Below, piece after piece: positions 20,301-29,344 of a stretch of 64,000 nucleotides of DNA. The DNA lies in assembly GCA_964412625.1 (NCBI GenBank), contig CAYPPO010000002.1, positions 9,497-73,496 of the forward strand, in the 5' to 3' direction. Under the pieces are notes generated by a model. The model did not search any database, was not told the DNA's origin, and saw nothing but the letters and a program-made list of their open reading frames with translations. Source of the DNA: an uncultured Candidatus Poseidoniales archaeon (GTDB lineage: Archaea > Thermoplasmatota > Poseidoniia > Poseidoniales > Poseidoniaceae). Numbering within the stretch: position 1 is the stretch's first letter; the number at the start of each line of letters is the position of its first letter. Made by a program: the position numbers and the translations under genes.

Positions 20301-21047
20301 TGCAATATTCTTACCGTCTTCTGTTGGAATTCCATTTGCCGTAATTTGCCAACTATTGTTCTCGGGCCCAGCAGTATCGAATTCCGTAGGGTCGAAGTAA
20401 TCAGAACTTCCGCCTGCTGTGGTTGATGCGAAGAAATTCATATACCATTGATCGCCGGTGTGAAGTGGGAAATCGTTTTTCTCTTTTGGTGGAGAGTATA
20501 CAGTATCAAATGAAATTGTAGCTAGATTAGCACTCAAGAACCCTAGATTAAATGGTGCAAATTCGACATCTAAAGTAAAATCACTGTTTACGATTGCTAA
20601 ATCACGAACTCTGATTATATCTTCACCCGAGTATTCGATATCCAGTCGACCGTTTGCATCACCTACCGGTGTGTCTTCAATGTATGCACCATTGTTGCCC
20701 GAGGTGAACGAACCTGAAATATCCATTTTATAGACTAGAGTTTGAACATTATCGATATTTATGAAAAATATATCGGCAACAGTATACACTGTATCACCTG
20801 TTAGGGTGTTCAAGGTTGCAGAAACATTAGCTTGCTGGATAAGTTGTTGTACATCGAATTGGGTTTCGTAGGTATATTTGTCCCCAATTCGCCATGTGGG
20901 GACATCAGGCCAGCCATTCAGGGTACCAGATTCCTTGATTGAAATGTCTGCGAGAGTTTCATTGTCGCTTGAATCATTCAAATTCCCAAGCGGGGCAATG
21001 AACATAATCAAAATTAAAATCACCGCTAAACATCGCTGTTTAAACAT
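17313..21047 (-). CDS. Large PKD/CARDB surface protein with TM and LPEGWTMEQW tail (paralog 2)
   Basis: Signal peptide, PTWRIGDKYTY domain, CARDB (VDPDELVTE..RTNN), repeated TVTDDDGA PKD strands, TM ~17810-17880, Gln/Pro-rich tail. Confidence 0.85.
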   Translation of the reverse strand: MFKQRCLAVILILIMFIAPLGNLNDSSDNETLADISIKESGTLNGWPDVPTWRIGDKYTYETQFDVQQLIQQANVSATLNTLTGDTVYTVADIFFINIDNVQTLVYKMDISGSFTSGNNGAYIEDTPVGDANGRLDIEYSGEDIIRVRDLAIVNSDFTLDVEFAPFNLGFLSANLATISFDTVYSPPKEKNDFPLHTGDQWYMNFFASTTAGGSSDYFDPTEFDTAGPENNSWQITANGIPTEDGKNIAYGGCDDSYKINEWNQTGVSQGFTWYCPDIRYNSWMRVSNAAGFTIDWLLKRYEPVDSSGVNPTSNPGTRDLEIDIGLQGIATLPNAEQTISIDYSGPAGAQTNTNLQLRYELAETLLNPTTDTNGQATAIFNSSDVVDTTNSSDDYSSNGLIVWDPQAEIIGAATIVVDLSLTPVDLIAQSEAIIVTRTRDGVEATLTKSIGYNALPGDLLSFSIPTQNRGLLSSPATTIEVTTPTGTVISEPLPSIPSYGEARIDVEWTVPQNEPIGLQNLLIEVDPDELVTEDSNRTNNLASVEVFVGRTPTAEVTVTDGVFTRENVTIDASASYDEDGGDVTCRFTVTWRLPDGVENYDAENCIINYNWSDDGIWNVMITVIDDELDTDVIDVTATVLNRAPIVDLVVPESIEVNQFFTADASGSSDNDTKRPEEQSPVDITWPGLVCFDGDNEGTTCRILAGEEGPMVITAVATDDDGAQTSISKTVNVLNAAPALAQPELWKAGQNQSTDSLGYWNLNEDETVILRAVADDTPLDKDSLIIEWMPSDRDENWTITTVGPSSQTTVSWATSGLHTLTVVAYDNDNVKSEIRTGIVNISNVAPTIETTGSTQPIFEDNNITFTADVTDTASDIDNLEICWDLDSLSDADEDGVADNDCDISGLEMTASWPTTGTRWITATVTDDDGASDSTSLNVSVINSAPRAKITNSTDVLALNEGDNLTLSGITTTDTAFDKTSLIYAWDSNHIDSDLDGETTGDIDHYGAEWLISDLPSGTWLITLTATDDDGASSTTEIEIVVKAKPADGFLESITNAFGGVGTLVIGILAVVVIGLAAFLFFTRKSGNSSNKYSDFSLPSSSASQFTEPIAIPSADAGFGLYQQDSTQPDPYAAYNPQPQVDPYAAYNPQAQVSTQSDAYSTFSPTPQPVAQPSVNPQPVPVTNQGPPLPATGLPEGWTMEQWQHYGAQYIAAQTPNIAQNQPIIRDTTTQSASNSLNDILDDLDL
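17605..17672 (-). repeat. Tandem coding repeat DPYAAYNPQ x2
   Basis: QPDPYAAYNPQPQVDPYAAYNPQAQ in the cytoplasmic tail. Confidence 0.7.
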
Positions 21048-21092
21048 GGTTGGGCGACGAAGTCCTATTACTTGAGAGACTCGATTTTTTGA

Positions 21093-24000
21093 CTACTTCT
21101 GAGTCTTCAACCATTCATATCCATAATAGTTCCATTGTTCCATTGTCCAGCCGTCAGGAAGACCGCCTTCCGGTAGTTTTGGCGCAGCGAGTAGTTCATC
21201 GATTGATATTTCATCTGCATCGACAATGTTTGTTGATGATTGTAAGGCTTGATCGAATATAAATCCGGGAGGCGGAGCGCCGGGTTTGCGTGTTTGAGAA
21301 TCTAATTTTCCTTCCCGATCAAACACCTTGTCAAGTTCATCGCTTTCCCAACTCTTAATTTTTGCATTCTTACTTCTTCTTCGACCAACTAACACGAGGA
21401 GTAGAATCACAATCAAAGCAACTGCTAACTGAGCGATAGGATTAGCCTCTTCACCAGCGAGTAATGCACCTGTATCTTGTAAAATAGTTCGGTCTGCAGG
21501 TCCGACATTAACAACTAGTTCCTTTGCTCCTGGTTTCTCCGGGTTCTCATCCCAAACCATGGCCTTGATCGTGATTTTCCCTGCTTCTTTGAAGATATGC
21601 TCAACTCTAGCCCCAATTAAGTCTGCATCATTATCTTTGATTCCATCGCCATTGCTATCGAAATTAACATCAGTGTCCCATGCATAGTTCAGTCCATCAA
21701 GATCGTTGAGCGAGTCAATGGTCGAACGTGCATCGAGAGTACAAGTCTCATATGCTCGGCAATCAACAGAATTTAACCTAACAATTGGTGGTATGTTTAC
21801 CACTTCTACAACAACGATTTCACTGGTCGTCGCACCATCGTCGTCAGTTACGTGATAGACTACTGTGTGTGAGCCACTTCGATTCCACGCGTAAGTGAAC
21901 ACATCTCCGGTTATGTCACAATCATCACTCGCACCACCAACACCGTCACTATCTATTCCCGGGTCAACATCCCAGCACTTGACCAGTGTCGGGATATCGC
22001 TTTTTGTGTCGGTTGAATTGCCATTGATGGTAATCGATTGCCCTTCAGCGATTGGCAAAACAGAATCTAATGGTTGCACTACTGGCGGTACATTGCGAAT
22101 GTTAACCCAACGCTCATTGGTCACGCTCGTCGCCCCATCATCGTCGGTTACATCAAGGCGGATTGTATGTAGCCCCGACGTTTCCCAATCCATTTCAAAT
22201 TCAGTAACCCTACCAGTAAAGAAGTAAATCAAGTTGTTTTGTCGGTTATCTGGCCACCAAGTGTGAGATAATTGTTCGATATCGTCCACTGAGTCTTCAG
22301 CCTGTCCCTTGATGGTAACAATCTGATCCTCATCAAGTTGCCAAATCTGTTGTTCATCCGCTTCAATAATCGCCCCGTTATCGTACAGGTTGATTATCGT
22401 ACTATGGGGGACGATATTGGTAAACAAGATATCGATGGTTGCTTCAGTCTGTGCTAAGTCATCGTCCACTCCTACGGCTGTGAAGGTATGATATCCTTCA
22501 GTTGGCGCGGTAGTTGTGCAGGTTTTGGTATAGTATCCTTCCATACATTGGGCATCAGGCCAGTATACATCGACAACACCTGGGAAGGGGTCTTCAGAAT
22601 CAGTATCATTGCCAAACGCATACAGGGTGATTGGGTGTTCGACTCTAGCCTCGCTCCGCATGCTTCTAATCTCCAATAGCGGAGCCCGATTTGTGATGTT
22701 TGCATACATAATCTGCTCAACTTCATCCCGCTCTTCGTCAACGATCGTGACTGCTATGGGGTAATTTCCATCATCAATCCAAGTCCAATTGGTTTGACAA
22801 CTCATTGATACAACTTTGATGTAAGCCCAAGAGCGACTACCATCATCGTAGGGAATATTGAAGATACACGAAACGTTTCCACCATCTTCATCAAAACTTG
22901 AACTAGCATCGATAAAAACTTCTACTTTCGTTTGGTCAGTCACATGGTTGATTACCGGCGTGGGTAACCTACCAACGAATAATTCAATGATGGCAAAATC
23001 ATTGTTTGGGTTGGCATCGGCAGAATTTAGTTCGTCTGGATCGGCTTCCCAAGATATTGGAATGTTACCAATTGCTTGATTTTCGGGCACGTTCCAAGTA
23101 AAATTTGTTTTATAAATTTCATACGTCGACAAAGAAGGAACTGGCAAATTAAAACTGTTGCCACTTGGGGGATAAATTCGCAAATCGGTAGCAATACTAC
23201 TGGAAATTCCGTTATTCTGAATTGAAACCTCGACAATTAATTGATCTCCTGGTAGCACATTGTAACCAGACAACGCATTTAATTGCTTCAAATCACCATC
23301 ACGATTTCTAGTGATTATTGCCCGTTCAGCATCGGCAAATAAATCCAACACGACAAGGTCATCATCAAGAGTAATTGTTTTCGCTCCTACTAGATTGCCG
23401 CTGATGGTTTTGGCAACTAAACCATGGCTCGCCCAGTCTGTTGATGTGGTTGAGCCATCTTCCAGATTGCCGATATTCAATGTTGTCCATGCGCTGCCAT
23501 TAGCGGCAGTGGTAAGAGATTGAACTTCTCCAGTTGCTTCATGGCGCAGTTCCAATGAAACGCCGCTTGTACTGCTAAGACAACCACTAGCCGAGGATGC
23601 ATTTACCCATACATCAATTGGCGTATCTAACGCAGTTACGTCATTTTTAGTGTCAATCGTTAAGCAGTCATCACGGATTCCAGGGTCGTTGTAAATATTG
23701 ACTCCCGAGGAATCTTTAGGCATGTATTCTTTAAGTCTAAAATCAATAGTTAGTCCGACATCTTCCTCAGTATGCTTCCAAGCAAAATTACGAGCTTCTG
23801 GGCAATACCATGTGTATCCTGCCTCATCTCCGTCTGAATTGAAGGTTGTTATCTCATAGGAATTGTCACACCCTCCATAGTTAATCGATTGGCCGAAGTC
23901 ATTGGTTGGTATGCCTACATTAGTAACCTCATACGTCGAGGTGTTGGTATCGGTCGTCGGTGGGGGAAATGGGGTTATGTAGTCACTGGAACCAGACCAT

Positions 24001-24614
24001 TGTGAGGTTGAAGTTACAGTCGTCGCCCACCTATCACCATCTCTCAACGGGAAATCATAGTTTTCACTTGGTGGCGTGTAGGTATTTGAGATGGTTATAT
24101 CTCCAACAGTCTGCTTCAAGAAACTAATACCACTTGGCGTAAATTCGATGAATAGGTCCAAATCACTACTGAGTGACGCCAAATCACTAACTCGTAGAAC
24201 TTCAGTCTGAGTGAACTCAATCTCTGCGACACCGGTAAATGCGTCAAGGGAGACTCCAGATTTATCAAAATTAGCCGTGGTTCTAATCGTGTATACCAAA
24301 GTTGGTGTACCACCCACATTTTGTTCGGTAATCGACAGGACTTCTGTTATTGAATCTCCATTTATTTCACCAACGTTTGCTTCAACCCCCGAGTCAATAA
24401 CTAGTTGTGTCGGGTCAAAAGTTCCAGCATACTTCCATTTATCTCCAACGCGCCATACAGGTACATCGACAGTATTAGCCGTTGATTTTGCATTACTTTC
24501 AAAGTATTCGTAATCATCGAGTTGTTGAGGTGTTTCGTAGAAAATTGTGGTCGATATGAGCATGATGAAAATCAAAGCCAGTGCTTTGATTTGCCGACGG
24601 GCAATGCTCCGCAT
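21093..24614 (-). CDS. Large PKD/CARDB surface protein with TM and LPDGWTMEQW tail (paralog 1)
   Basis: Collinear with 17313..21047 (PVWRVGDKWKY, GYNVLPGD, FVGRLP, DASSSFDEDGG, VTDDDGA). Start moved to ATG 24614 (MRSIARRQ), with TTCATTG at -30. Confidence 0.85.
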   Translation of the reverse strand: MRSIARRQIKALALIFIMLISTTIFYETPQQLDDYEYFESNAKSTANTVDVPVWRVGDKWKYAGTFDPTQLVIDSGVEANVGEINGDSITEVLSITEQNVGGTPTLVYTIRTTANFDKSGVSLDAFTGVAEIEFTQTEVLRVSDLASLSSDLDLFIEFTPSGISFLKQTVGDITISNTYTPPSENYDFPLRDGDRWATTVTSTSQWSGSSDYITPFPPPTTDTNTSTYEVTNVGIPTNDFGQSINYGGCDNSYEITTFNSDGDEAGYTWYCPEARNFAWKHTEEDVGLTIDFRLKEYMPKDSSGVNIYNDPGIRDDCLTIDTKNDVTALDTPIDVWVNASSASGCLSSTSGVSLELRHEATGEVQSLTTAANGSAWTTLNIGNLEDGSTTSTDWASHGLVAKTISGNLVGAKTITLDDDLVVLDLFADAERAIITRNRDGDLKQLNALSGYNVLPGDQLIVEVSIQNNGISSSIATDLRIYPPSGNSFNLPVPSLSTYEIYKTNFTWNVPENQAIGNIPISWEADPDELNSADANPNNDFAIIELFVGRLPTPVINHVTDQTKVEVFIDASSSFDEDGGNVSCIFNIPYDDGSRSWAYIKVVSMSCQTNWTWIDDGNYPIAVTIVDEERDEVEQIMYANITNRAPLLEIRSMRSEARVEHPITLYAFGNDTDSEDPFPGVVDVYWPDAQCMEGYYTKTCTTTAPTEGYHTFTAVGVDDDLAQTEATIDILFTNIVPHSTIINLYDNGAIIEADEQQIWQLDEDQIVTIKGQAEDSVDDIEQLSHTWWPDNRQNNLIYFFTGRVTEFEMDWETSGLHTIRLDVTDDDGATSVTNERWVNIRNVPPVVQPLDSVLPIAEGQSITINGNSTDTKSDIPTLVKCWDVDPGIDSDGVGGASDDCDITGDVFTYAWNRSGSHTVVYHVTDDDGATTSEIVVVEVVNIPPIVRLNSVDCRAYETCTLDARSTIDSLNDLDGLNYAWDTDVNFDSNGDGIKDNDADLIGARVEHIFKEAGKITIKAMVWDENPEKPGAKELVVNVGPADRTILQDTGALLAGEEANPIAQLAVALIVILLLVLVGRRRSKNAKIKSWESDELDKVFDREGKLDSQTRKPGAPPPGFIFDQALQSSTNIVDADEISIDELLAAPKLPEGGLPDGWTMEQWNYYGYEWLKTQK

Positions 24615-24681
24615 GCAGCAGGGACACACTACATAGGCAATGAACACTTCTCCTGTTGGAAAAGCCGGGATTAGGTCAATC

Positions 24682-25296
24682 TCACAGCAAGTCTGCTAAC
24701 TCATCCTTGATGATTTCTACAGCCTCGAGAATCTCATCTTTGTGTCGAGCGCCGGTTATTACCATCTTACCACTGCCGAAAATCAGACAGACAACCTTAG
24801 GGTAGTCAAGTCGATAAATTAGGCCTGGGAATTGCTCTGGCTCATATTCTACCTTGTCAAAAGGTAGGTGGAAGGTGAGGTTGTTTAGGTTCAACTTCCT
24901 CGGGACTCCTGCCAAGGGTTCTCCAGTGAACTTGTCGTTGCCATCATAGTCTTCAGGGTAGTGAAGGGCATAGGTTGCGACCATGTTTTGAACTTCAATT
25001 TCAACATCAGCGAGATCCCATGTCTTTATTCCAGCACCACGTAGGTCGGAAATCATTCTGTCAATTCCGGTGTGTATGTTGTCCTCATCCTTTCCGCCGG
25101 TACATACCGCTCTTCCTGAGCGGAACATAAGAATGGCCAACTTTGGGTCTGTTACCCGGTAGACAACTCCAGGGAATTGTTCTGGTTCATATTCACAGTT
25201 TAGCTGAATTGCGATATCAGGCAAATCGAGTTCCTCTGCGACTCTTGTGCTTGCGACTACATTTACTACAGTTAGACGTTCTTCATCAGTTGTCAT
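24682..25296 (-). CDS. tbp: TATA-box-binding protein
   Basis: Two repeats of NVVAS/NMVAT...EYEPEQFPG..YR...F.SG..V.TG. Confidence 0.97.
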   Translation of the reverse strand: MTTDEERLTVVNVVASTRVAEELDLPDIAIQLNCEYEPEQFPGVVYRVTDPKLAILMFRSGRAVCTGGKDEDNIHTGIDRMISDLRGAGIKTWDLADVEIEVQNMVATYALHYPEDYDGNDKFTGEPLAGVPRKLNLNNLTFHLPFDKVEYEPEQFPGLIYRLDYPKVVCLIFGSGKMVITGARHKDEILEAVEIIKDELADLL

Positions 25297-25298
25297 AT

Positions 25299-25327
25299 TT
25301 ATAAGCGACTTATAAGAGGTATATAAA
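25299..25327 (-). promoter_or_regulatory. tbp promoter: canonical TATA box plus palindrome TTATAAG-CGA-CTTATAA
   Basis: TTTATATA (minus strand, 25320-25327) ends 23 nt upstream of the ATG; 7-3-7 inverted repeat at 25299-25315. Confidence 0.7.
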
Positions 25328-25366
25328 GGACAGCATTTCCCCTAAGCAGATAAATGGCCCTCAGTG

Positions 25367-26530
25367 TCAACTTCTTGACCAGAAGGTCTGGTCGCTCAAT
25401 TTTTCGACCCTCAACCCCAGACTTCCTAATTTTGAGATATAGGTTCGGCCACCAGCAAGTTCGATTGCATCGCTGGTTAATTTGGGATTTCTTGTCAGTG
25501 CGATCATACAACCACCGCCGCCAGCGCCGGTTAATTTTGCGCCCAAACAAGTAGGAGCTGCCGCCTTTATCAAGACATCAAGTTGAGGGTGAGATACACC
25601 AATGCTCTTGAGCATTATTTGATTCTCAGTCATTGCTCGGCCGACGGCTTCATAATCACCAACCATCAAGGCATCAATACCGCGTTGAGCAATTTTGCCG
25701 ATGGTCTCTATCTCCTCCATTCGATCCGGAGTTAATTCCAACATTTGTGCTACTTTTGCCACTTGCTTTCCGGTTGGAGCATTGATTCCAGTGTTTCCTA
25801 TCACCAAGTATATATCATCAGGAACGATACCTAGTTCTAATTCGTGAATGTGCCAGAATCTTTCGCTATCTGGCATTTTTAGACTCCTTTTGTATAGGTA
25901 AGTCAAATCATTTTGAACTTGATTGGATATTACAATAACTCCGCCATGGGAACACGTTGAAGAATCTATTGGAGATGCTCGGCCGTTTTGTGCAGCAGCC
26001 TCAACGCTATGGGCCAGTATGGCATTTTCATCAGTGTCAACAGATTCTTCGCCGGTAAGGAGGAACATTTTGTCCTGCTCGATTGTTGAGAAAAATCCCC
26101 CTGATTTTCCATAAGCATCACTTGCTGTGATTAGTGAGCCGAAGCCTTCAGCCCACCTATTTTGGCCAACGGTTTCTGCATGTGTGACCCATCTGCCTCT
26201 AGCACCTCTTAATGCGGCTGCTAAGGCTACTGAGAGGGCAGCTGAAGACCCAAGACCTGAGGAACGCGGAATATTCCCTTCGATGTGAATTGATAGGGGA
26301 GGTGCACCTTGGTCAACTGGCCACAGTTTTTCGATTAAGCCCTTGATATGGGGATTTCTTTTCATGTTTAATTTGCCACCATCAAGTAACCACATGCCAC
26401 TTGCTGATGGTTGAATTTTTATCGAAATTCGTTGATCAATTGCCACAGCAACAGCCGGGTGTCCATAGACTACAGCATGCTCACCAAAGAGAATACATTT
26501 CCCGGGAGCACTTGTGATAATCGCCGTCAT
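25367..26530 (-). CDS. mvk: Mevalonate kinase (GHMP family) with insertion
   Basis: APGKCILFGEHAVVYG, PRSSGLGSSAA and GAKLTGAGGGG; SD-like GGAGGGG upstream. Confidence 0.9.
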   Translation of the reverse strand: MTAIITSAPGKCILFGEHAVVYGHPAVAVAIDQRISIKIQPSASGMWLLDGGKLNMKRNPHIKGLIEKLWPVDQGAPPLSIHIEGNIPRSSGLGSSAALSVALAAALRGARGRWVTHAETVGQNRWAEGFGSLITASDAYGKSGGFFSTIEQDKMFLLTGEESVDTDENAILAHSVEAAAQNGRASPIDSSTCSHGGVIVISNQVQNDLTYLYKRSLKMPDSERFWHIHELELGIVPDDIYLVIGNTGINAPTGKQVAKVAQMLELTPDRMEEIETIGKIAQRGIDALMVGDYEAVGRAMTENQIMLKSIGVSHPQLDVLIKAAAPTCLGAKLTGAGGGGCMIALTRNPKLTSDAIELAGGRTYISKLGSLGLRVEKLSDQTFWSRS

Positions 26531-26651
26531 GAAACCCCTCCAGTCTTGCTGCTAATGTGTCATCCTCATAATGTTGTTTTATTTGTGCTTTGATACGGTG
26601 ACTTCAATAGTTGTCTCTTTATGGGGTTAACAACACAGGCAATGTGATATC

Positions 26652-28700
26652 ATGGAACACCCGTTACTGATGAACTATGGTCCAATACCCGGTTGGGCAA
26701 TACTTGCGGTGATAGGGGCAGTCTCGATTTCGTTTTTCACATATCAGGTTTGGAAAGCGACACGTTTGGTTATGCTTGGAAAATCGGATAATCGTTTCGA
26801 CAATTGGCCTGCTAGGGTAAAAGAAGTAGCAACCGGTTGGTTGGGGCAGAAAAAAGTACTTGAAGACAAAATCGCCGGTGGAATTCATGTTTTGATGTTC
26901 TGGGGATTCCTCATGCTTTCGACGGACATGTTTGACCTAGCAACGGCAAATTGGTTCTCTCACAGTTTCTTACCTGAGGTGATTAAAGGTCCTTGGAATC
27001 TGGTGGTAGAAACCGGTTATACCATTGCGTTTGTTGGATGTGTCGCAGCACTTACTCGCAGAGTAGTATTTACACCTGAGAAGTTGAAAGGTAAATCTCA
27101 GCTCGAAGGTAACGTAATCTTATTACTCATCATGACCATCACCTTAACCTCATTTTTCGTTGAGGCGGGTGAAGCAGGCGTCTCCCCGACTTACGAACCG
27201 ATTGGCGCTTGGGTTGCTGATAGCATCGTGCCCTCAACCAATGTTGTTGTCGGTGCTTACTGGGCTCACATGTTAGCCATTGCCACATTTATGTTCTTAA
27301 TTCCACTATCAAAACACATGCATTTGGTTATGGCATTCCCCAACGTATTCTTCCACGACATGCGACCAATGGCAACCATGGAGCCAATGCAGGTTGCTGA
27401 CAATGGTAAGGCAGTATTGCTTGATGACTTGGATGTTGAATCATTTGGTACTGCTAACTACGCTGATTTAACTTGGCGCAACTTGATAGATGGATGGGCT
27501 TGTACTTCATGTGCTAGGTGTCAGGATGTATGCCCAGCATACGCTTCAGGCAAAGCATTGAATCCCATGCAAATCATTCATGACGTAAGAAATTATGCGA
27601 ATGACAACTACTCCACATTGATGTCAGGTGAAACACCAGAGGAAGACATAATCGCTAGATTTGGCGAAGAATCAATCTGGGCGTGCACCACCTGTCATGC
27701 TTGCGTTGAAGCATGTCCAATCTATATCGACCACGTGCCAAAATTAACCGATGCTCGCCGCCATTTGATGATGGAGCGTATGGAATTTGATGAGAGGGTA
27801 GAGGACACTGTAATGCCACTCATGGCGACAATAGAGAATCTTGAATCTGATTCAAACCCATATGGATTACCATCGCACGAAAGAGGCGATTGGGCCGAAG
27901 GTCTTGATGTAAAAGTCGCTGAACCTGCTGAATACATTTACTTCGCTGGTTGTGCGGCATCTTTTGATGAGCGGAACAAAAAGGTTGCAAGAGATACTAT
28001 CAGCATCATGAAAGAAGCAGGGCTAGATGTCGGAATTCTTGGCATGCAGGAAGGTTGTACAGGGGATGCAGCACGACGAGCGGGTAATGAATACTTATTC
28101 CAAATGCTGGCAGAAACCAACCTATCGACATTTGAAGAAATTGGAGTTAAGAAAGTGGTAGCGTCTTGCCCACACTGTTTCCACACTCTTGGTAAGGAAT
28201 ACAAGGATTACGGTGGTGAAGATATCGAGGTCATGCATCACTCGCAACTAATCAACCATCTCCAACTAGAGGGCAAGTTGCCAGATCCCGAGCATGACGG
28301 TTCAGTGACCTATCATGACCCTTGTTATTTAGGTAGAATCGGCGGTGAACTAGACGCGCCAAGAAACGCCATTGGGGGCGTAAATGTCGAACCGGAGAGA
28401 AGTGGTAAATCCTCATTCTGTTGCGGTGCTGGCGGTGCTCAAATGTGGATGGAAGAACATGTTGACGAAGGATACGACCGGGTTAACATCATTCGTTCGA
28501 AAGAACTTGCAGAAACCGGTGCTGAAACCGTTGCAGTTGGCTGTCCATTCTGTTCAACAATGATCACTGATGGCTTGTCGGCAATTGGCTCAGAGATGGA
28601 AGTCAAGGATATTGCTGAAATTGTCTGGGAGCAGATCAAAGCAAATGATGTCGCAATTGTCGCCAAAAAGGAAGAAGTTGCTGGAACCGCAGAAGCTTGA
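26652..28700 (+). CDS. Membrane-bound Fe-S oxidoreductase (FadF/HdrD-like)
   Basis: N-terminal TM block with conserved His, two CxxCxxCxxxCP motifs, CCG-type domains (YHDPCYLGR, CCGAGG, CPFC). Confidence 0.88.
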   Translation: MEHPLLMNYGPIPGWAILAVIGAVSISFFTYQVWKATRLVMLGKSDNRFDNWPARVKEVATGWLGQKKVLEDKIAGGIHVLMFWGFLMLSTDMFDLATANWFSHSFLPEVIKGPWNLVVETGYTIAFVGCVAALTRRVVFTPEKLKGKSQLEGNVILLLIMTITLTSFFVEAGEAGVSPTYEPIGAWVADSIVPSTNVVVGAYWAHMLAIATFMFLIPLSKHMHLVMAFPNVFFHDMRPMATMEPMQVADNGKAVLLDDLDVESFGTANYADLTWRNLIDGWACTSCARCQDVCPAYASGKALNPMQIIHDVRNYANDNYSTLMSGETPEEDIIARFGEESIWACTTCHACVEACPIYIDHVPKLTDARRHLMMERMEFDERVEDTVMPLMATIENLESDSNPYGLPSHERGDWAEGLDVKVAEPAEYIYFAGCAASFDERNKKVARDTISIMKEAGLDVGILGMQEGCTGDAARRAGNEYLFQMLAETNLSTFEEIGVKKVVASCPHCFHTLGKEYKDYGGEDIEVMHHSQLINHLQLEGKLPDPEHDGSVTYHDPCYLGRIGGELDAPRNAIGGVNVEPERSGKSSFCCGAGGAQMWMEEHVDEGYDRVNIIRSKELAETGAETVAVGCPFCSTMITDGLSAIGSEMEVKDIAEIVWEQIKANDVAIVAKKEEVAGTAEA

Positions 28701-28705
28701 TTCAC

Positions 28706-29344
28706 ATGCGTCTACTAGTTGTTGACTTATTGGCTGAAAGGAAAGCCTTTGGAAAGGAAGGAGTTAGAGAAATAATAACTCACTTCGATGACCCTGAAGT
28801 ATTTCTTTGGTCGCCGCACACCACCGAAAGAACCGATTATGGTTTTGGAACAGTTGTCTCTAGTCCAGTTGAGTGTGACTATATTGCAATAACTGGTTCA
28901 CGGCGAAACGTAAGCTCTTGGGAGCCATGGATGGATGAGGTGGCAGAATTAATTCAAACCGCTGATGTACCGATTATTGGCATCTGCTTCGGCCACCAGA
29001 TTATCGCTGCAGCCCTCGGAGGTCGAGTTGAACGAGCAGATGAAGGCAGTCATTTTGTTTCATCAGTAAAATACACCGATGGGACTTCGGTGGATGCGGT
29101 ATTTACTCACCAAGATCACGTCACTGATGCTGGTGAATTGGAGGTAATTGGCTCAGCAGAACATTGCGCGATAGCCGCGTGTCAGCATCCCACAAGACCA
29201 ATAAGAACAGTTCAATATCATCCCGAGGCAACCTCAAGGATTTTGTCTGAAGCATTGAGACTTGGCGATATGACTAAAGCAGAAGCCGAGGTATTCGATA
29301 TGACAAAGGATTTAATCAATGTTAAAGATTCACTCCTCACATAA
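28706..29344 (+). CDS. Class I glutamine amidotransferase-like protein
   Basis: ITGS, GICFGHQ (Cys) and QYHPE (His-Glu). Confidence 0.85.
   Translation: MRLLVVDLLAERKAFGKEGVREIITHFDDPEVFLWSPHTTERTDYGFGTVVSSPVECDYIAITGSRRNVSSWEPWMDEVAELIQTADVPIIGICFGHQIIAAALGGRVERADEGSHFVSSVKYTDGTSVDAVFTHQDHVTDAGELEVIGSAEHCAIAACQHPTRPIRTVQYHPEATSRILSEALRLGDMTKAEAEVFDMTKDLINVKDSLLT

Noticed and set aside
25299..25554. Short ORFs between tbp and mvk
   Set aside because: They overlap mvk and the tbp promoter and have no recognisable features.
27683..27720. CTTCH as a c-type heme motif (Ccm substrate)
   Set aside because: It is part of the ferredoxin-type CxxCxxCxxxCP motif in a cytoplasmic domain.
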